Shown: positions 47,178-57,050 of the stretch, one piece after another | Position numbering within the stretch: the stretch's first letter is position 1 | Layout: each line of letters opens with the position of its first letter | Assembly: GCA_964525935.1 (NCBI GenBank) | Contig: CAZGJZ010000007.1 | Location: 43,336 to 107,335 of the forward strand | Direction: 5' to 3' | DNA: 64,000 bases | DNA from: an uncultured Opitutaceae bacterium | GTDB lineage: Bacteria; Verrucomicrobiota; Verrucomicrobiia; Opitutales; Opitutaceae | Translations under genes and position numbers: made by a program | Notes under the pieces: generated by a model | The model's input: the letters and a program-made list of their open reading frames with translations, nothing else | Told to the model about the DNA's origin: nothing | Databases searched by the model: none

Positions 47178-49232
47178 ATGGCATTCCCGAACCCTCCCGC
47201 CTGCCTCAGCTCGCGCAACCTGCGCGCCGCTGAGCTGGAAACCACCTCCGCCGATACTCTCCTGCGTATCTACGCGTGGATGCATCTCGCCCGCACGGCC
47301 GATAATCGCATCCTCGACCTCTTCCGCCAGGGCCTGATCAAAGGCACCGTCACCGGCGGCCAGGGCAACGAAGGCCTCATCATTCCGCTCGCGCTCCTCG
47401 CCGACAAAACCACCGACGTCACTTCGTTTTCGCATCGCGACCTCGGCGGCCACCTCATCTGGAGCGGCCACCTCGTCGAGCACCTCAACCAGTATTTCGC
47501 CAACGCCCACAGCCCCACCAAGGCCCGCGAAGGCAACATCCATCACGGCGACCCGGCCAACCATTCGCTGCCGATGATCAGCCACCTCGGCGCGATGATC
47601 TCGACCGTCATCGGCGCCACCGATTCGCAGCGCCGCCAGGGCCGCGCCGCCGTGGGCTTCACCTTCTTCGGCGACGGCGGTTCCAGCACCGGCGACATCC
47701 ACGAGTCGATGAACCTCGCCTCGCTGCTCTCGCTGCCCGTCATCTTCGTCATCGAGAACAACCACTACGCCTACTCGACGCCGATGAGCGAACAGTTCAC
47801 CGAGGGCACCGAGCTCTGGCGCCGCGCCGCCGGTTACGGCATGGAAGGCTTTGCCTTTGACGCCACCGATGTCGTGGCCAGCGCCCGCACCCTCGCCGCG
47901 GTGATCGAAAAAGTCCGCACCACCTCGCGCCCCGTCCTCGTCGAAGCCCGCACACTCCGCCTCCGCGGCCACGCCGCCTACGACACCTGCGACTACATGA
48001 AGCCCGGCGAGACCGAATCATATTTCGCCCGCGACCCGCTGCCCCGCTACCGCACCCAACTCGCCGCCGCCGGCCACACCGCCCGCCTCGACGCCATCGA
48101 CGCCGAGCTCAACGCCTTCGTCGAAGCCTGCATCAAGATCGCAATGAGCGTCCCCCGGCCCACTCCCGGAAATATGGCCGATGAAGTCTTCGCTCCCGCC
48201 ACGCCGTCCCTCCCGTGGATTCCCGCGGTCCATTCAATCGAAAATCGAGATTCGAAAACCGAAAACCTGAATCTCGCCCAAGCCATCAACACCGCGCTCC
48301 GCAAAATCCTCACCGAGCGCGGCGAATCCATCGTGCTCGGTCAGGACATCGGCACCTACGGCGGCGCCTTCAAGGTCACCGACGGCCTCCTCAAGCAGTT
48401 CGGCCGCGCCCGCGTCTTCAACACCCCGCTCGCTGAAAGCGCCTGCACCGGCTACGCCATCGGCATGGCCATCAACGGCCATCGTCCCATCGAGGAATTC
48501 CAGTTCGCCGATTTCGCTACCGAGGCTGTGACCCAGATCACGCTCAACGCCGGCACAATGCACTTCCGCTCCGGCGCCGCCTGCCCGCTCGTGTTGCGCT
48601 TCCCCTGCGGCGGCGGCCTCACCTTCGGGTCATTCCACTCGCAGGAGCTCGAGTCGTTCTTCCTCTCGATGCCCGGCCTCAAGGCCCTCTACCCGAGCAC
48701 ACCGCAGGACGCGTTCGACGCCGTGCTCGCCGCCTACGAGGACAACAATCCCGTCATCCTCTTTGAACACAAGGGCCTCTACCGCCGCGGCAAACAACCC
48801 GTCGCGTGGAACCCCAACTTCCGCCAAGTCTGGCAGCCGAAAAAACTCCGCGAAGGCAGCTTCGCCACCTTCGTCACCTATGGCGAAATGGTCCACCTCG
48901 CCGAGGAAGCCTGCGACTACCTCGCCGGCGAATACGAGACCACCTTCGATCTCTTCGACCTTCGCGGCCTCGCGCCGCTGCAACTCGAGACCATCAAGGC
49001 CTCCCTCGCACGCACGGGCCGGCTCGTGGTGCTGCACGAAGGCCGCCGCACCCACGGCTTCGGCGCCGAACTCGTCGCCCGCCTCACCGAAGAGCATTTC
49101 GCGTCGCTCAAAGCCGCCCCGCTTCGCATCGGCTCCATGGACATCCCCGTCCCCTTCGCTCCCGAGCTCGAACACGTCTACCGCCCCACCCGCGACGCCG
49201 TGATCGAAAAACTCGTCTCCTGGCTCGGCTGA
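47178..49232 (+). CDS. fused alpha+beta E1 component of a TPP-dependent 2-oxoacid dehydrogenase
   Basis: ORF-track 47097..49232 (TTG); ATG at 47178. Alpha part: FFGDGGSSTGDIHESMNLASLLSLPVIFVIENNHYA. Beta part starts near LNLAQAINTALRKIL and includes FNTPLAESACTGYAIGMA. No E2 gene is adjacent. Confidence 0.85.
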   Translation: MAFPNPPACLSSRNLRAAELETTSADTLLRIYAWMHLARTADNRILDLFRQGLIKGTVTGGQGNEGLIIPLALLADKTTDVTSFSHRDLGGHLIWSGHLVEHLNQYFANAHSPTKAREGNIHHGDPANHSLPMISHLGAMISTVIGATDSQRRQGRAAVGFTFFGDGGSSTGDIHESMNLASLLSLPVIFVIENNHYAYSTPMSEQFTEGTELWRRAAGYGMEGFAFDATDVVASARTLAAVIEKVRTTSRPVLVEARTLRLRGHAAYDTCDYMKPGETESYFARDPLPRYRTQLAAAGHTARLDAIDAELNAFVEACIKIAMSVPRPTPGNMADEVFAPATPSLPWIPAVHSIENRDSKTENLNLAQAINTALRKILTERGESIVLGQDIGTYGGAFKVTDGLLKQFGRARVFNTPLAESACTGYAIGMAINGHRPIEEFQFADFATEAVTQITLNAGTMHFRSGAACPLVLRFPCGGGLTFGSFHSQELESFFLSMPGLKALYPSTPQDAFDAVLAAYEDNNPVILFEHKGLYRRGKQPVAWNPNFRQVWQPKKLREGSFATFVTYGEMVHLAEEACDYLAGEYETTFDLFDLRGLAPLQLETIKASLARTGRLVVLHEGRRTHGFGAELVARLTEEHFASLKAAPLRIGSMDIPVPFAPELEHVYRPTRDAVIEKLVSWLG
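48234..48274 (+). repeat. TCGAAAA-word module in frame at the E1 alpha/beta junction
   Basis: tcaatcgaaaatcgagattcgaaaaccgaaaacctgaatc encodes SIENRDSKTENLN immediately before the beta-subunit-like N-terminus. Confidence 0.7.
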
Positions 49233-49275
49233 TAAATTTTCGCATTTCTATTCCCGATTTTCGATCCCTCGACCA
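49233..49275. repeat. TCGAAAA-word module (opposite orientation) just after the E1 stop
   Basis: Reverse complement reads ggtcgagggatcgaaaatcgggaatagaaatgcgaaaattta. Confidence 0.55.
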
Positions 49276-49324
49276 AGGCATAAGTCCCATCCGTCCTATC
49301 CGTCGCATTTTACCCGCCCTCGCC

Positions 49325-49852
49325 GTGCCCAAAGCCCCTTCCAAAAAGAAAATCTCCCGCCGCGCCTGGGCCTCGATCAAGCTCCTCGCCCTCGACGTCG
49401 ACGGCATCCTGACCGACGGCACGGTCCGCATTCACTCCGACGGCACCGAGAGCAAGAACTTCTCCATCCTCGACGGCATGGGCCTCGTCCGACTCCACCG
49501 CCACGACGTCGCCGTCGCCTGGATCAGTGGCCGCGCTTCGGGTTCCACCACCCACCGCGCCACGGAACTGAAGATCCCGCACCTCATCCAAGGCCGCACC
49601 GACAAGATCACCGCGCTTCAGGAACTCGCCGCCCAGCTGAAGCTCAAGCCCGCCCAGTGCATTTACATGGGCGATGATGACTTCGACGCTCCCGCCATCC
49701 GCTGGGCCGGCATCGGTGTCAGCGTCCCCGACGCCATGCCCGCCGCCTTGAAGGCCGCCCGCTACGTCACCCGCCGGCGCGCCGGTTTCGGTGCCGTGCG
49801 CGAAATCTGCGAACATCTCCTCTCCTCCCGCGGTCTGGTGTTCACCAAGTGA
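49325..49852 (+). CDS. kdsC: 3-deoxy-D-manno-octulosonate 8-phosphate phosphatase
   Basis: ORF-track 48806..49852. The upstream part is Arg/Pro-rich and overlaps the E1 gene. In-frame GTG 49325 gives ~175 aa with LLALDVDGILTDG and GDDDFDAP motifs. Confidence 0.8.
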   Translation: MPKAPSKKKISRRAWASIKLLALDVDGILTDGTVRIHSDGTESKNFSILDGMGLVRLHRHDVAVAWISGRASGSTTHRATELKIPHLIQGRTDKITALQELAAQLKLKPAQCIYMGDDDFDAPAIRWAGIGVSVPDAMPAALKAARYVTRRRAGFGAVREICEHLLSSRGLVFTK

Positions 49853-50346
49853 AACCCGCGTTCCCCCTCTTCCTCCTCGCCTCGCGCCCCGCGCGGGGAC
49901 GAGCCCTGCGTAGCTTTAGCGTAGCAGGGTCCCTCGCCGTCCTCTTCCTCGTCTCGGCCGCCATCGGCTTCAGCCAGCCCGTCACCGCCACAACGCCGGT
50001 GCAGAACTTCAAGCTCCCCACCTTCACCCCCGAAGGCTACCGCTCCATGCTTCTGCTGGGCTCTTCCGCCACCGTGGCTCCGGGGGTGATCAACCTCACC
50101 GAGATGAACCTGACGCTGTTTTCCGGCGACGCCGCCAGCAAGGTCGAGACCGTCATCCTCAGTCCCGTCGCCGCCGTTTCGCCCGATAGCGGACAGGTCA
50201 GCGGCGACAGCACAGTGCGCATGATCCGCGACGACATCGAGATCACCGGCACCGGCTGGACCTACGATCACCGCCAGAAAAAAGTTTCAATCACCCGCAA
50301 CGCGCGGATAGTTTACCGCGCCCAGATGCCCGACCTTCTCAAATGA
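49849..50346 (+). CDS. lptC: LptC-like LPS export component
   Basis: 165 aa, GTGA overlap with kdsC. N-terminal TM anchor and a beta-rich body. Sits in the canonical kdsC-lptC-lptA-lptB position. Confidence 0.55.
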   Translation: MKPAFPLFLLASRPARGRALRSFSVAGSLAVLFLVSAAIGFSQPVTATTPVQNFKLPTFTPEGYRSMLLLGSSATVAPGVINLTEMNLTLFSGDAASKVETVILSPVAAVSPDSGQVSGDSTVRMIRDDIEITGTGWTYDHRQKKVSITRNARIVYRAQMPDLLK

Positions 50347-50912
50347 GCCGCCTTCTTTCCCTTCTCCTGATTCTTGGCCTCGCCGCGGCTCCCGCCCTGC
50401 GCGCCGCCGACGCCGCACCTCTCACCATCATCGACTGCGCCGGCCTTCTCGAGACCGTCAGCACTGACACCGAGACCATCACCACCCTGCGCGACAAGGT
50501 CGTCGTCTCCGGCAACAACCTGAAACTCTACTGCGATTTCCTGAAAGTCGTCGTCATCAACAAGGGCGATCCCACCGTGCGCGTCGGCGACTACGGCAAT
50601 TTCAAGTCCCTTGTCGCCACCGGCCACGTGCGCATTGTGCAGGACGACCGCGAAGCCACCTGCGGCCGCGCCGAGGTTTTCCCGGGCGAAGATCGCATCG
50701 TGCTCAGCGAAGAACCCGTCGTCCGCAGCACCGACGACCAATACATCGCCACCGGCCCGCGCCTCGTGCTCTACCGCGGTGAACGCCGCGCCGTCATTGA
50801 GGGCCAGCCCGAGGAACGCGCCCGCATCACCCTTCCGGCCATGAAAAACCTCGGCTTCGACGAAAAGAAAAACGCCCCGGCTCCTGCGCCCGCCGCCGAA
50901 CCCGCGAAATAA
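50343..50912 (+). CDS. lptA: LptA/OstA-like periplasmic LPS transport protein
   Basis: 189 aa. Signal peptide MSRLLSLLLILGLAAAPALRA; OstA-like beta-jellyroll repeats (GHVRIVQDDREATCGRAEVF). Confidence 0.7.
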   Translation: MSRLLSLLLILGLAAAPALRAADAAPLTIIDCAGLLETVSTDTETITTLRDKVVVSGNNLKLYCDFLKVVVINKGDPTVRVGDYGNFKSLVATGHVRIVQDDREATCGRAEVFPGEDRIVLSEEPVVRSTDDQYIATGPRLVLYRGERRAVIEGQPEERARITLPAMKNLGFDEKKNAPAPAPAAEPAK

Positions 50913-50919
50913 TCTCCCG

Positions 50920-51660
50920 ATGCCTGCCGCCGTCGCCCAGTCCGAAATCCGCACCGAGGGCCTCATCAAGACCTTCGGCACGCGCACCGTCGTCAACGGC
51001 GTGAGTGTCAATTTCGCGGCCGGCGAAGTCGTCGGTCTCCTCGGCCCCAACGGTGCCGGCAAGACCACCACGTTCTACATGATCGTCGGCTTGGTGCCCG
51101 CCACGAAGGGCGCCGTCATGCTCGACGGCCGCGACGTCACCCGCCTCCGCATGCACGAGCGTGCCCGCCACGGCATCGGCTACCTCCCGCAGGAGGCCTC
51201 CGTTTTCCGCAAGCTTACCGTCGAGGAAAACATCCTCGCCATCGCCGAGGCCACCCACGTCCCGCGCGCCGAACGCGCCGCGCTGGTCGCCCATCACCTC
51301 GCCGAGCTCAATCTCGGCCACGTCGCGAAGCAAAAAGCCTACACTCTCTCCGGCGGCGAACGCCGTCGCCTGGAAATCGCCCGCGCCCTCGTCACCAAGC
51401 CGAAGTTTCTCCTGATGGATGAGCCCTTCGCCGCCATCGATCCCATCTCGGTCGCCGAAGTGCAGAAGATCATCCTGCAGCTGAAAAAGCGCGGCATCGG
51501 CGTCGTCGTTTCCGACCACAACGTCCGCGAAACCCTGCGCATCGTCGACCGCGCCTACCTCATCCATAAGGGGCAGGTCCTCACCGAGGGCACCGGCGAT
51601 TTTCTCATCAACGATTCCCAGGCCCGCGAATTCTACCTCGGCGAGAACTTCAATCTCTGA
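50920..51660 (+). CDS. lptB: LPS export ABC transporter ATP-binding protein
   Basis: 246 aa. GPNGAGKTT, LSGGERRRLEIARAL, LLMDEPFAAIDP, and a C-terminal REFYLGENF. Confidence 0.9.
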   Translation: MPAAVAQSEIRTEGLIKTFGTRTVVNGVSVNFAAGEVVGLLGPNGAGKTTTFYMIVGLVPATKGAVMLDGRDVTRLRMHERARHGIGYLPQEASVFRKLTVEENILAIAEATHVPRAERAALVAHHLAELNLGHVAKQKAYTLSGGERRRLEIARALVTKPKFLLMDEPFAAIDPISVAEVQKIILQLKKRGIGVVVSDHNVRETLRIVDRAYLIHKGQVLTEGTGDFLINDSQAREFYLGENFNL

Positions 51661-51667
51661 AGAAATA

Positions 51668-51767
51668 GTTGAGAGCTGAGGGTTGAGAGTTGAGAGCCGA
51701 TCGCTTTAAAGTAACTCCATCGCCCTTTCGCCTCCGGTCTCTCAACCCTCAGCTCTCCACTCTCAAC
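51668..51767. repeat. word-built palindromic element (GTTGAGAG words) filling the lptB-hprK spacer
   Basis: Left arm gttgagagctgagggttgagagttgagag; right arm ctctcaaccctcagctctccactctcaac (19-nt perfect core); ~42-nt loop. Confidence 0.75.
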
Positions 51768-51778
51768 TTCGCCGCCCC

Positions 51779-52783
51779 ATGCAAAAAGCCATCCACGGGA
51801 TCACGGTCTCCCATTTCTTCGAGACCTACCGCGACAAGCTGAAGCTCGAGCTGCTCACCGGCGAGAACGGCCTGCACCGCCTCATCAAGGAGGGCTCCAT
51901 CAACCGTCCCGCGCTCGCGCTCACCGGCTTCTTCAAATATTTTGCCAACAAGCGCGTCCAGGTCCTCGGCGCCGCCGAGATGACCTACCTCAAGACGCTC
52001 ACGCCCACGACCCAGGCCGAGATTTTCCGCGGCATGGTCCAGCGCCAGATCCCCTGTCTCGTCCTCACGCGCAACTACCATCCCACCGATGCGATGTTCC
52101 AGGTCGCGCGCGACATGCGGCTCCCGCTCTTCCGCACGCCGATGATCACGATGAATTTCGTGAACCTCGCCACGCTCTGCATCGACAACGAATTCGCCCC
52201 CTCTACCACCGAGCACGCCACCACGCTCGACATCAAGGGCGTCGGCGTCCTCCTCCGCGGCTCCAGCGGCGTCGGCAAGAGCGAGTGCGCCCTCGCCCTC
52301 ATTGAGCGCGGCCACTCCCTCGTCTCCGACGATCTCACCGTCATCAAGCTCCTCGACGAACGCGAACTCATGGCCACCAGCCGCCCGCTCAACCGCGGTT
52401 GGATGGAGTGCCGCGGCATCGGCATCATCAACGTCGCCGAGATGTTCGGCGTTAAATCCATCCGCCTCGAAAAACGGATCGACCTCGTGATCTCGCTCCA
52501 GGAGTGGACCCCCGAGGTCGTCGAGGAACGCACCGGCCTCGAGGAGAATTTCTACAATATTCTCGGTCAGAAGGTGCCGCATATCGAACTCTACGTGCGC
52601 CCCGGTCGCGACATGGCCCGCCTCGTCGAGGTCGGCGCCCTCACCCAGGCCCTCAAAAAGATCGGTCACGATCCGGCCAAGGATTTCAACGAGCGGCTCA
52701 TCGCCCACATGAGCAAACAGGCCGAGCAGGCCAGCCGCACGATCAAGCCGTTCGATCCCGAGGCCCGCAGCGCCGAGCGCTGA
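51779..52783 (+). CDS. hprK: HPr kinase/phosphorylase
   Basis: 334 aa. GVGVLLRGSSGVGKSECAL (P-loop) and LVSDD motifs. Confidence 0.9.
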   Translation: MQKAIHGITVSHFFETYRDKLKLELLTGENGLHRLIKEGSINRPALALTGFFKYFANKRVQVLGAAEMTYLKTLTPTTQAEIFRGMVQRQIPCLVLTRNYHPTDAMFQVARDMRLPLFRTPMITMNFVNLATLCIDNEFAPSTTEHATTLDIKGVGVLLRGSSGVGKSECALALIERGHSLVSDDLTVIKLLDERELMATSRPLNRGWMECRGIGIINVAEMFGVKSIRLEKRIDLVISLQEWTPEVVEERTGLEENFYNILGQKVPHIELYVRPGRDMARLVEVGALTQALKKIGHDPAKDFNERLIAHMSKQAEQASRTIKPFDPEARSAER

Positions 52784-52854
52784 TCCGGCCTTCGCTTCCG
52801 TCCTTGGCGTAGCCTCCGTTCGCCCTGTCCCGCACCTCAGCGCCTGCTGACGCC

Positions 52855-52888
52855 CTCAACTCTCATCCCTCAACTCTCAACTTTCCGC
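52855..52888. repeat. solo arm of GTTGAGAG-word element upstream of rph
   Basis: ctcaactctcatccctcaactctcaactttcc. No complementary arm lies nearby. Confidence 0.5.
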
Positions 52889-52893
52889 CTTCC

Positions 52894-53646
52894 ATGTCCG
52901 ATTCCACCACCCGCGTTGACGGCCGCCGCGCCGCTCAACTCCGACCCATCACTTTCGAGGCCAACATCGCTCCGCACGCCACCGGTTCCGTGCTCGTCGC
53001 TTTTGGTGCCACCCGCGTCATCTGCGCCGCCACCATCGAGCCGAACGTCCCCACGTGGATGAAGCAGCAAAAAGTCCCCGGCGGCTGGCTCACCGCGGAA
53101 TACTCGATGCTCCCTTACTCGACCCTCGACCGTAAGCCGCGCGATATTTCGAAGGGCAAGATCGACGGCCGCACCGTCGAGATCCAGCGCCTCATCGGCC
53201 GCTCGCTTCGCGCCGTGCTCGATCTCCAGAAACTCGGTCAGAACACGCTCTGGATCGACTGCGACGTGCTCCAAGCCGACGGCGGCACGCGCACGGCCTC
53301 GATCACCGGCGCCTACCTCGCCGCCCGCCTCGCCGTCCAAAAACTCCTCGACGCCAAGAAGCTCGCCGAGAATCCGCTCACTGATTCCGTCGCCGCCGTC
53401 AGCGTCGGCATTTTCAAGGGCCAGGAGCTGCTCGACCTGAACTACATCGAGGACAAGGACGCCGAGGTCGACGCCAACATTGTCATGACCGGCCAAGGCC
53501 GCTTCGTGGAGGTCCAAGGCTCCGGCGAGGAAGCCACCTTCAGCCAGGAGCAACTCACCGGCCTCCTCGCGCTCTCCCAAAAAGGCCTCAAGGACCTCGC
53601 CGCCCTGCAGACTGCGTTTCTGACCAAGCAATTCTTCGCCAAATAG
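52894..53646 (+). CDS. rph: ribonuclease PH
   Basis: 250 aa. [24 protein letters not shown] and [19 protein letters not shown] motifs. Confidence 0.95.
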   Translation: MSDSTTRVDGRRAAQLRPITFEANIAPHATGSVLVAFGATRVICAATIEPNVPTWMKQQKVPGGWLTAEYSMLPYSTLDRKPRDISKGKIDGRTVEIQRLIGRSLRAVLDLQKLGQNTLWIDCDVLQADGGTRTASITGAYLAARLAVQKLLDAKKLAENPLTDSVAAVSVGIFKGQELLDLNYIEDKDAEVDANIVMTGQGRFVEVQGSGEEATFSQEQLTGLLALSQKGLKDLAALQTAFLTKQFFAK

Positions 53647-53694
53647 CCGCCGGACTGGCCCGCAGCCTGCTTTATTTGGGGTCCCGCTACCGCC

Positions 53695-54285
53695 ATGAAA
53701 TCCTTTCTTCGTTCCACCGTCGCCCTCGCCGCCCTTCTTTTGCCCGTGCTCGCCCAGGCGCACCCCGGCCATGACGACGGGCATGAGCTGACGTGGGATT
53801 TCACCGGCGGCGCCCTGCATCCGCTTTCCGGTCTCGACCATCTGCTCGCCATGATCGCCGTCGGCCTCTGGGCCGCTCAGCTCGGCGGACGCGCCCGCTG
53901 GCTCGTGCCCGCGGCGTTTGTCACTGTCATGGCCCTCGGCGCTGCGTTGGCGCAGTCCGGCGTGCAACTTTCCGGGATCGAGCAAGCCATCGCCGCATCC
54001 GTCCTGATTCTGGGCATCTTGATCGCCACCTCGGCCAAACTTCCGACGGCGGCCAGCATGGCCTTGGTTGGCATCTTCGCCGCCTTTCACGGTTTCGCCC
54101 ACGGCGCCGAGATACCTGCCACGTCGCAAGCGTTGAGCTACGGCCTCGGCTTTATCCTCGCGACCGCCTTGCTCCACGCCGCTGGCGTTGACCTCGGCAC
54201 CTTGGCCGCGCAGCGCTCAGGCAGGATCACGCAAGCCGCCGGCTGGGCGATTGCCGCCAGCGGTGTCGTGCTGTTCGCTCTCTAA
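53695..54285 (+). CDS. hupE: HupE/UreJ-family nickel transporter
   Basis: 196 aa. Signal peptide followed by HPGH; GLDHLLAMIAVGLWA and FHGFAHGAE motifs. Confidence 0.85.
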   Translation: MKSFLRSTVALAALLLPVLAQAHPGHDDGHELTWDFTGGALHPLSGLDHLLAMIAVGLWAAQLGGRARWLVPAAFVTVMALGAALAQSGVQLSGIEQAIAASVLILGILIATSAKLPTAASMALVGIFAAFHGFAHGAEIPATSQALSYGLGFILATALLHAAGVDLGTLAAQRSGRITQAAGWAIAASGVVLFAL

Positions 54286-54288
54286 GCG

Positions 54289-55110
54289 TCACAGCTTGCG
54301 CAAATCCGCTCCGAGCCGCGGATAAGCGGCCGACAAAACCCGGCGCACGTCGCGCAGCCCCTGTCGCAGTTTCACGCTGTCCGGCGCTATTAGGCGCAGG
54401 CTCCAGCCGCCCCGGCGCAATGCACTCACGCCGACCCAAAGGCCGTCGCGATGCAGTGCCTTCAATTCCTCGCGCCAGTTGCCGCCGGCGTCGTCGGCGA
54501 TGAGAACCGCATTGGCAAAGCACGCCGCCGGCCCGGAACCCGCGAGCATCGCCAGCGCCTTCAGTTCTGCACCGGTCTGGTCGAGCCGTTCGCGCAGGAT
54601 CAGTTCGCCGCAAAGCCGCACCGTGAGTTCCAGTGCGAGCCGATCCCACAGCCAGGCTTCGTCATTGTGAGCCACTCGGCCGGGCTGCAGTTGGTCGACA
54701 AAAAACAACGCGCCGCCCGCCGCGACTTCGACCGTGGTCACCTGACGAAAACGCGAACCGCGATGCGGCACCAACGGCTCCGGCGCTACTTCCAGCCAGC
54801 CATCCCGGGCCACGCTGAAATGCTGCCGGCTCTCGGCCGAGCCCCCTTCCATCTGAAAAATCCGACTCGCACTGGGTGTCGTCACCAACAGCGCCGCGCC
54901 GGCATCCACCGCAATGGTCGACTCCAATTTATCGCCCGCTAGGATGCCTGCCGTCGGATTGACCACCTGCACGATGAGCACGCCGGCGTCACTGTCCCAG
55001 TATGGCTTGCTCAAGTGAAACGGCGCGCGAAACGACTGCGCCGCCAGCACCGTGCGGCCCCCGGCCTGCGGAGCTGCGCGGAGCGCGAGATGTCCCGAAA
55101 ACTCCGCCAT
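54289..55110 (-). CDS. ureD: urease accessory protein UreD
   Basis: ORF-track 54289..55158. ATG 55110 overlaps the ureG stop (TGATG). Last position in the ureEFGD order. Confidence 0.8.
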   Translation of the reverse strand: MAEFSGHLALRAAPQAGGRTVLAAQSFRAPFHLSKPYWDSDAGVLIVQVVNPTAGILAGDKLESTIAVDAGAALLVTTPSASRIFQMEGGSAESRQHFSVARDGWLEVAPEPLVPHRGSRFRQVTTVEVAAGGALFFVDQLQPGRVAHNDEAWLWDRLALELTVRLCGELILRERLDQTGAELKALAMLAGSGPAACFANAVLIADDAGGNWREELKALHRDGLWVGVSALRRGGWSLRLIAPDSVKLRQGLRDVRRVLSAAYPRLGADLRKL

Positions 55111-55733
55111 CACGAGCCCTTTGCCTTCTGGCCGAATAGCACCTCGCGCTCCACCCATGCGACCACCTGGTCGAGGTTGTGCTCGCGCTTGAGATCACAA
55201 AACAGAAACGGCCGCGCACCGCGCTGCACCTTCGCGTCGCGATCCATCACGCCGAGATCGGCGCCGACCAGCGGCGCGAGGTCGATTTTGTTGATGATAA
55301 GCAGATCGCTGAACCGGATCGCCGGCCCGCCTTTGCGCGGAATCTTGTCCCCTTCCGCCACGTCGATGACGTAGATGAACGCATCCACGAGCTCCGGCGA
55401 AAAGGTCGCGGTCAGGTTGTCGCCGCCGCTCTCGACCAGCAGCACCTGCAAGTCGGGAAATTTCGCTTCAAGCGCGCGGCAGGCCTGCTCGTTCATCGTC
55501 GTGTCATCGCGGATCGCCGTGTGCGGACAGCCACCGGTCTCGACACCCGCGATGCGCTCCGGCGGAAGCGCACTGTGCTTGATGAGGAACTGCGCGTCCT
55601 CGGAGCAGTAAATGTCGTTGGTGACGACCGCCATCGAGTAGCGCGTGCGCAACTGCTGGCAGAGCTTGAGGCAAAGCATCGTCTTGCCGGAACCGACAGG
55701 ACCGCCAATGCCGATACGAGGAGGACGTTTCAT
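55110..55733 (-). CDS. ureG: urease accessory GTPase UreG
   Basis: 207 aa. [22 protein letters not shown] and ESGGDNL motifs. Confidence 0.95.
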   Translation of the reverse strand: MKRPPRIGIGGPVGSGKTMLCLKLCQQLRTRYSMAVVTNDIYCSEDAQFLIKHSALPPERIAGVETGGCPHTAIRDDTTMNEQACRALEAKFPDLQVLLVESGGDNLTATFSPELVDAFIYVIDVAEGDKIPRKGGPAIRFSDLLIINKIDLAPLVGADLGVMDRDAKVQRGARPFLFCDLKREHNLDQVVAWVEREVLFGQKAKGS

Positions 55734-55747
55734 AAAGGTTTTGATTT

Positions 55748-55824
55748 ACCACGAAGGGCACGAAGAACACGAAGTTGAAGGCAATAAAGGGTCCGGGCTT
55801 GGTGCTCTTCGTGTCCTTCGTGGT
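55748..55824. repeat. word-built palindromic element (CACGAAG words) between ureF and ureG
   Basis: Left arm accacgaagggcacgaagaacacgaag; right arm ctcttcgtgtccttcgtggt. Confidence 0.7.
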
Positions 55825-55833
55825 TGAAATGCC

Positions 55834-56547
55834 TCATGAGATGAACAGCCGACTATCCGCGGTCTCATGCCGCGCCGCCGCGATATCCAGCCACGGGTTA
55901 AACCAGCCGATCTCCTCGAATGGCACCTGCTCTGCCGCCGCAATAATACCGGGCGCAGACGCCAGTGCCTCCGTAAGCAAAGTCTGTGAAGCGTTCTGTC
56001 CGAGGCGCAGCACTTTCATCGCCGCGGAAACCAGCGAGGCCGTGCTGGCATAATAAACTCCCGCAAGCACTGCCGCCTGCGGCGCACCCAACACGCGGCC
56101 TTCGAGCGCGGCCGAGACCGCCGCCGAAAACGGCCAAACCTCAGACGCTGCGCGTTGCAGATACTCCTGCGCCAACGGATGCACATGCAAAAGCGCGGTG
56201 AGTTCGGCGCGCTGGCGGCCGATATTATCCGCCGCCGTCCGCAGCTCGCGAGGCGCCTTGAGCGCCGCCGAAAGCCAGCACAGCTCCGCGAGACGCGACC
56301 AATCCTGTGTTCCCAACGCTTGCCAGGCATGCGCCGCCAGCGGCAGTTCCGCCTGACGCAAGGACGGCAGCACGGAAAACAGGAGAAATTCCCGCAGCGT
56401 CGCCCGGTCGCGAATCACGCCTTCCTGCACCAATCCCTCCAAGCCGAAGGAATGCGCGTAGCTGCCCGTCGGATAAAACGAGTCTCCCGCCTGCAACAGG
56501 CCCACGAGCCAGGCCGTGTCAGTGCTGGTGGCTGGGGCCGAGTTCAT
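55834..56547 (-). CDS. ureF: urease accessory protein UreF
   Basis: ORF-track 55834..56706. ATG 56547 gives MNSAPATSTDTAWLVGLLQAGDSFYPTGSYAHSFGLE. Overlaps the ureE 3' end by 29 nt. Confidence 0.8.
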   Translation of the reverse strand: MNSAPATSTDTAWLVGLLQAGDSFYPTGSYAHSFGLEGLVQEGVIRDRATLREFLLFSVLPSLRQAELPLAAHAWQALGTQDWSRLAELCWLSAALKAPRELRTAADNIGRQRAELTALLHVHPLAQEYLQRAASEVWPFSAAVSAALEGRVLGAPQAAVLAGVYYASTASLVSAAMKVLRLGQNASQTLLTEALASAPGIIAAAEQVPFEEIGWFNPWLDIAAARHETADSRLFIS

Positions 56548-56983
56548 GCGTGGGAAGATTTCCGCGGGCAAAACGTCCCGGACGGAAAATAGCCGTCGTC
56601 TGCCTGAACGGCACCTTGAGCCGCTCGAGAAGTTGACGCACCGCTGGCTCATCGGGCGCGAGCAAACGCGTCGGCTCGGCGGAAAGCTCGAGGTGCAGAT
56701 TGCCAATCGCCCAGCCGATGCCGGCCGCGGCTGAAGGTGCCACGTCGAGCGAAACTTCGATCACGGGTTCGGGTTGTTGTTCGATGACATAGCGCGCGCT
56801 CGCGGTCTGCCAGAAGGTGTCGCCGTGCTTGAGCGGTGCTACCAATTCAAAGCCAAATTCCATGCCGTCCTCAGCTGTGGAGCGCCAAAGACGCTTTACC
56901 ACAGTTATCCGGTCAACTCGGAGCAATACCTCCCGCAACGCTAAATCGGGCTGGGTGACGGCAGTGTGAATAAGCGTGAACAC
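56519..56983 (-). CDS. ureE: urease accessory protein UreE
   Basis: 154 aa, GTG start. GNLHLEL motif and a short His-containing tail, GPSHQH. Confidence 0.8.
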   Translation of the reverse strand: MFTLIHTAVTQPDLALREVLLRVDRITVVKRLWRSTAEDGMEFGFELVAPLKHGDTFWQTASARYVIEQQPEPVIEVSLDVAPSAAAGIGWAIGNLHLELSAEPTRLLAPDEPAVRQLLERLKVPFRQTTAIFRPGRFARGNLPTHELGPSHQH

Positions 56984-57050
56984 AGATTGACACAGCTATT
57001 AGCAAGGATCGGACCAGTCCAGCGCGGCCTTAACCTAAGAATGCACGATG

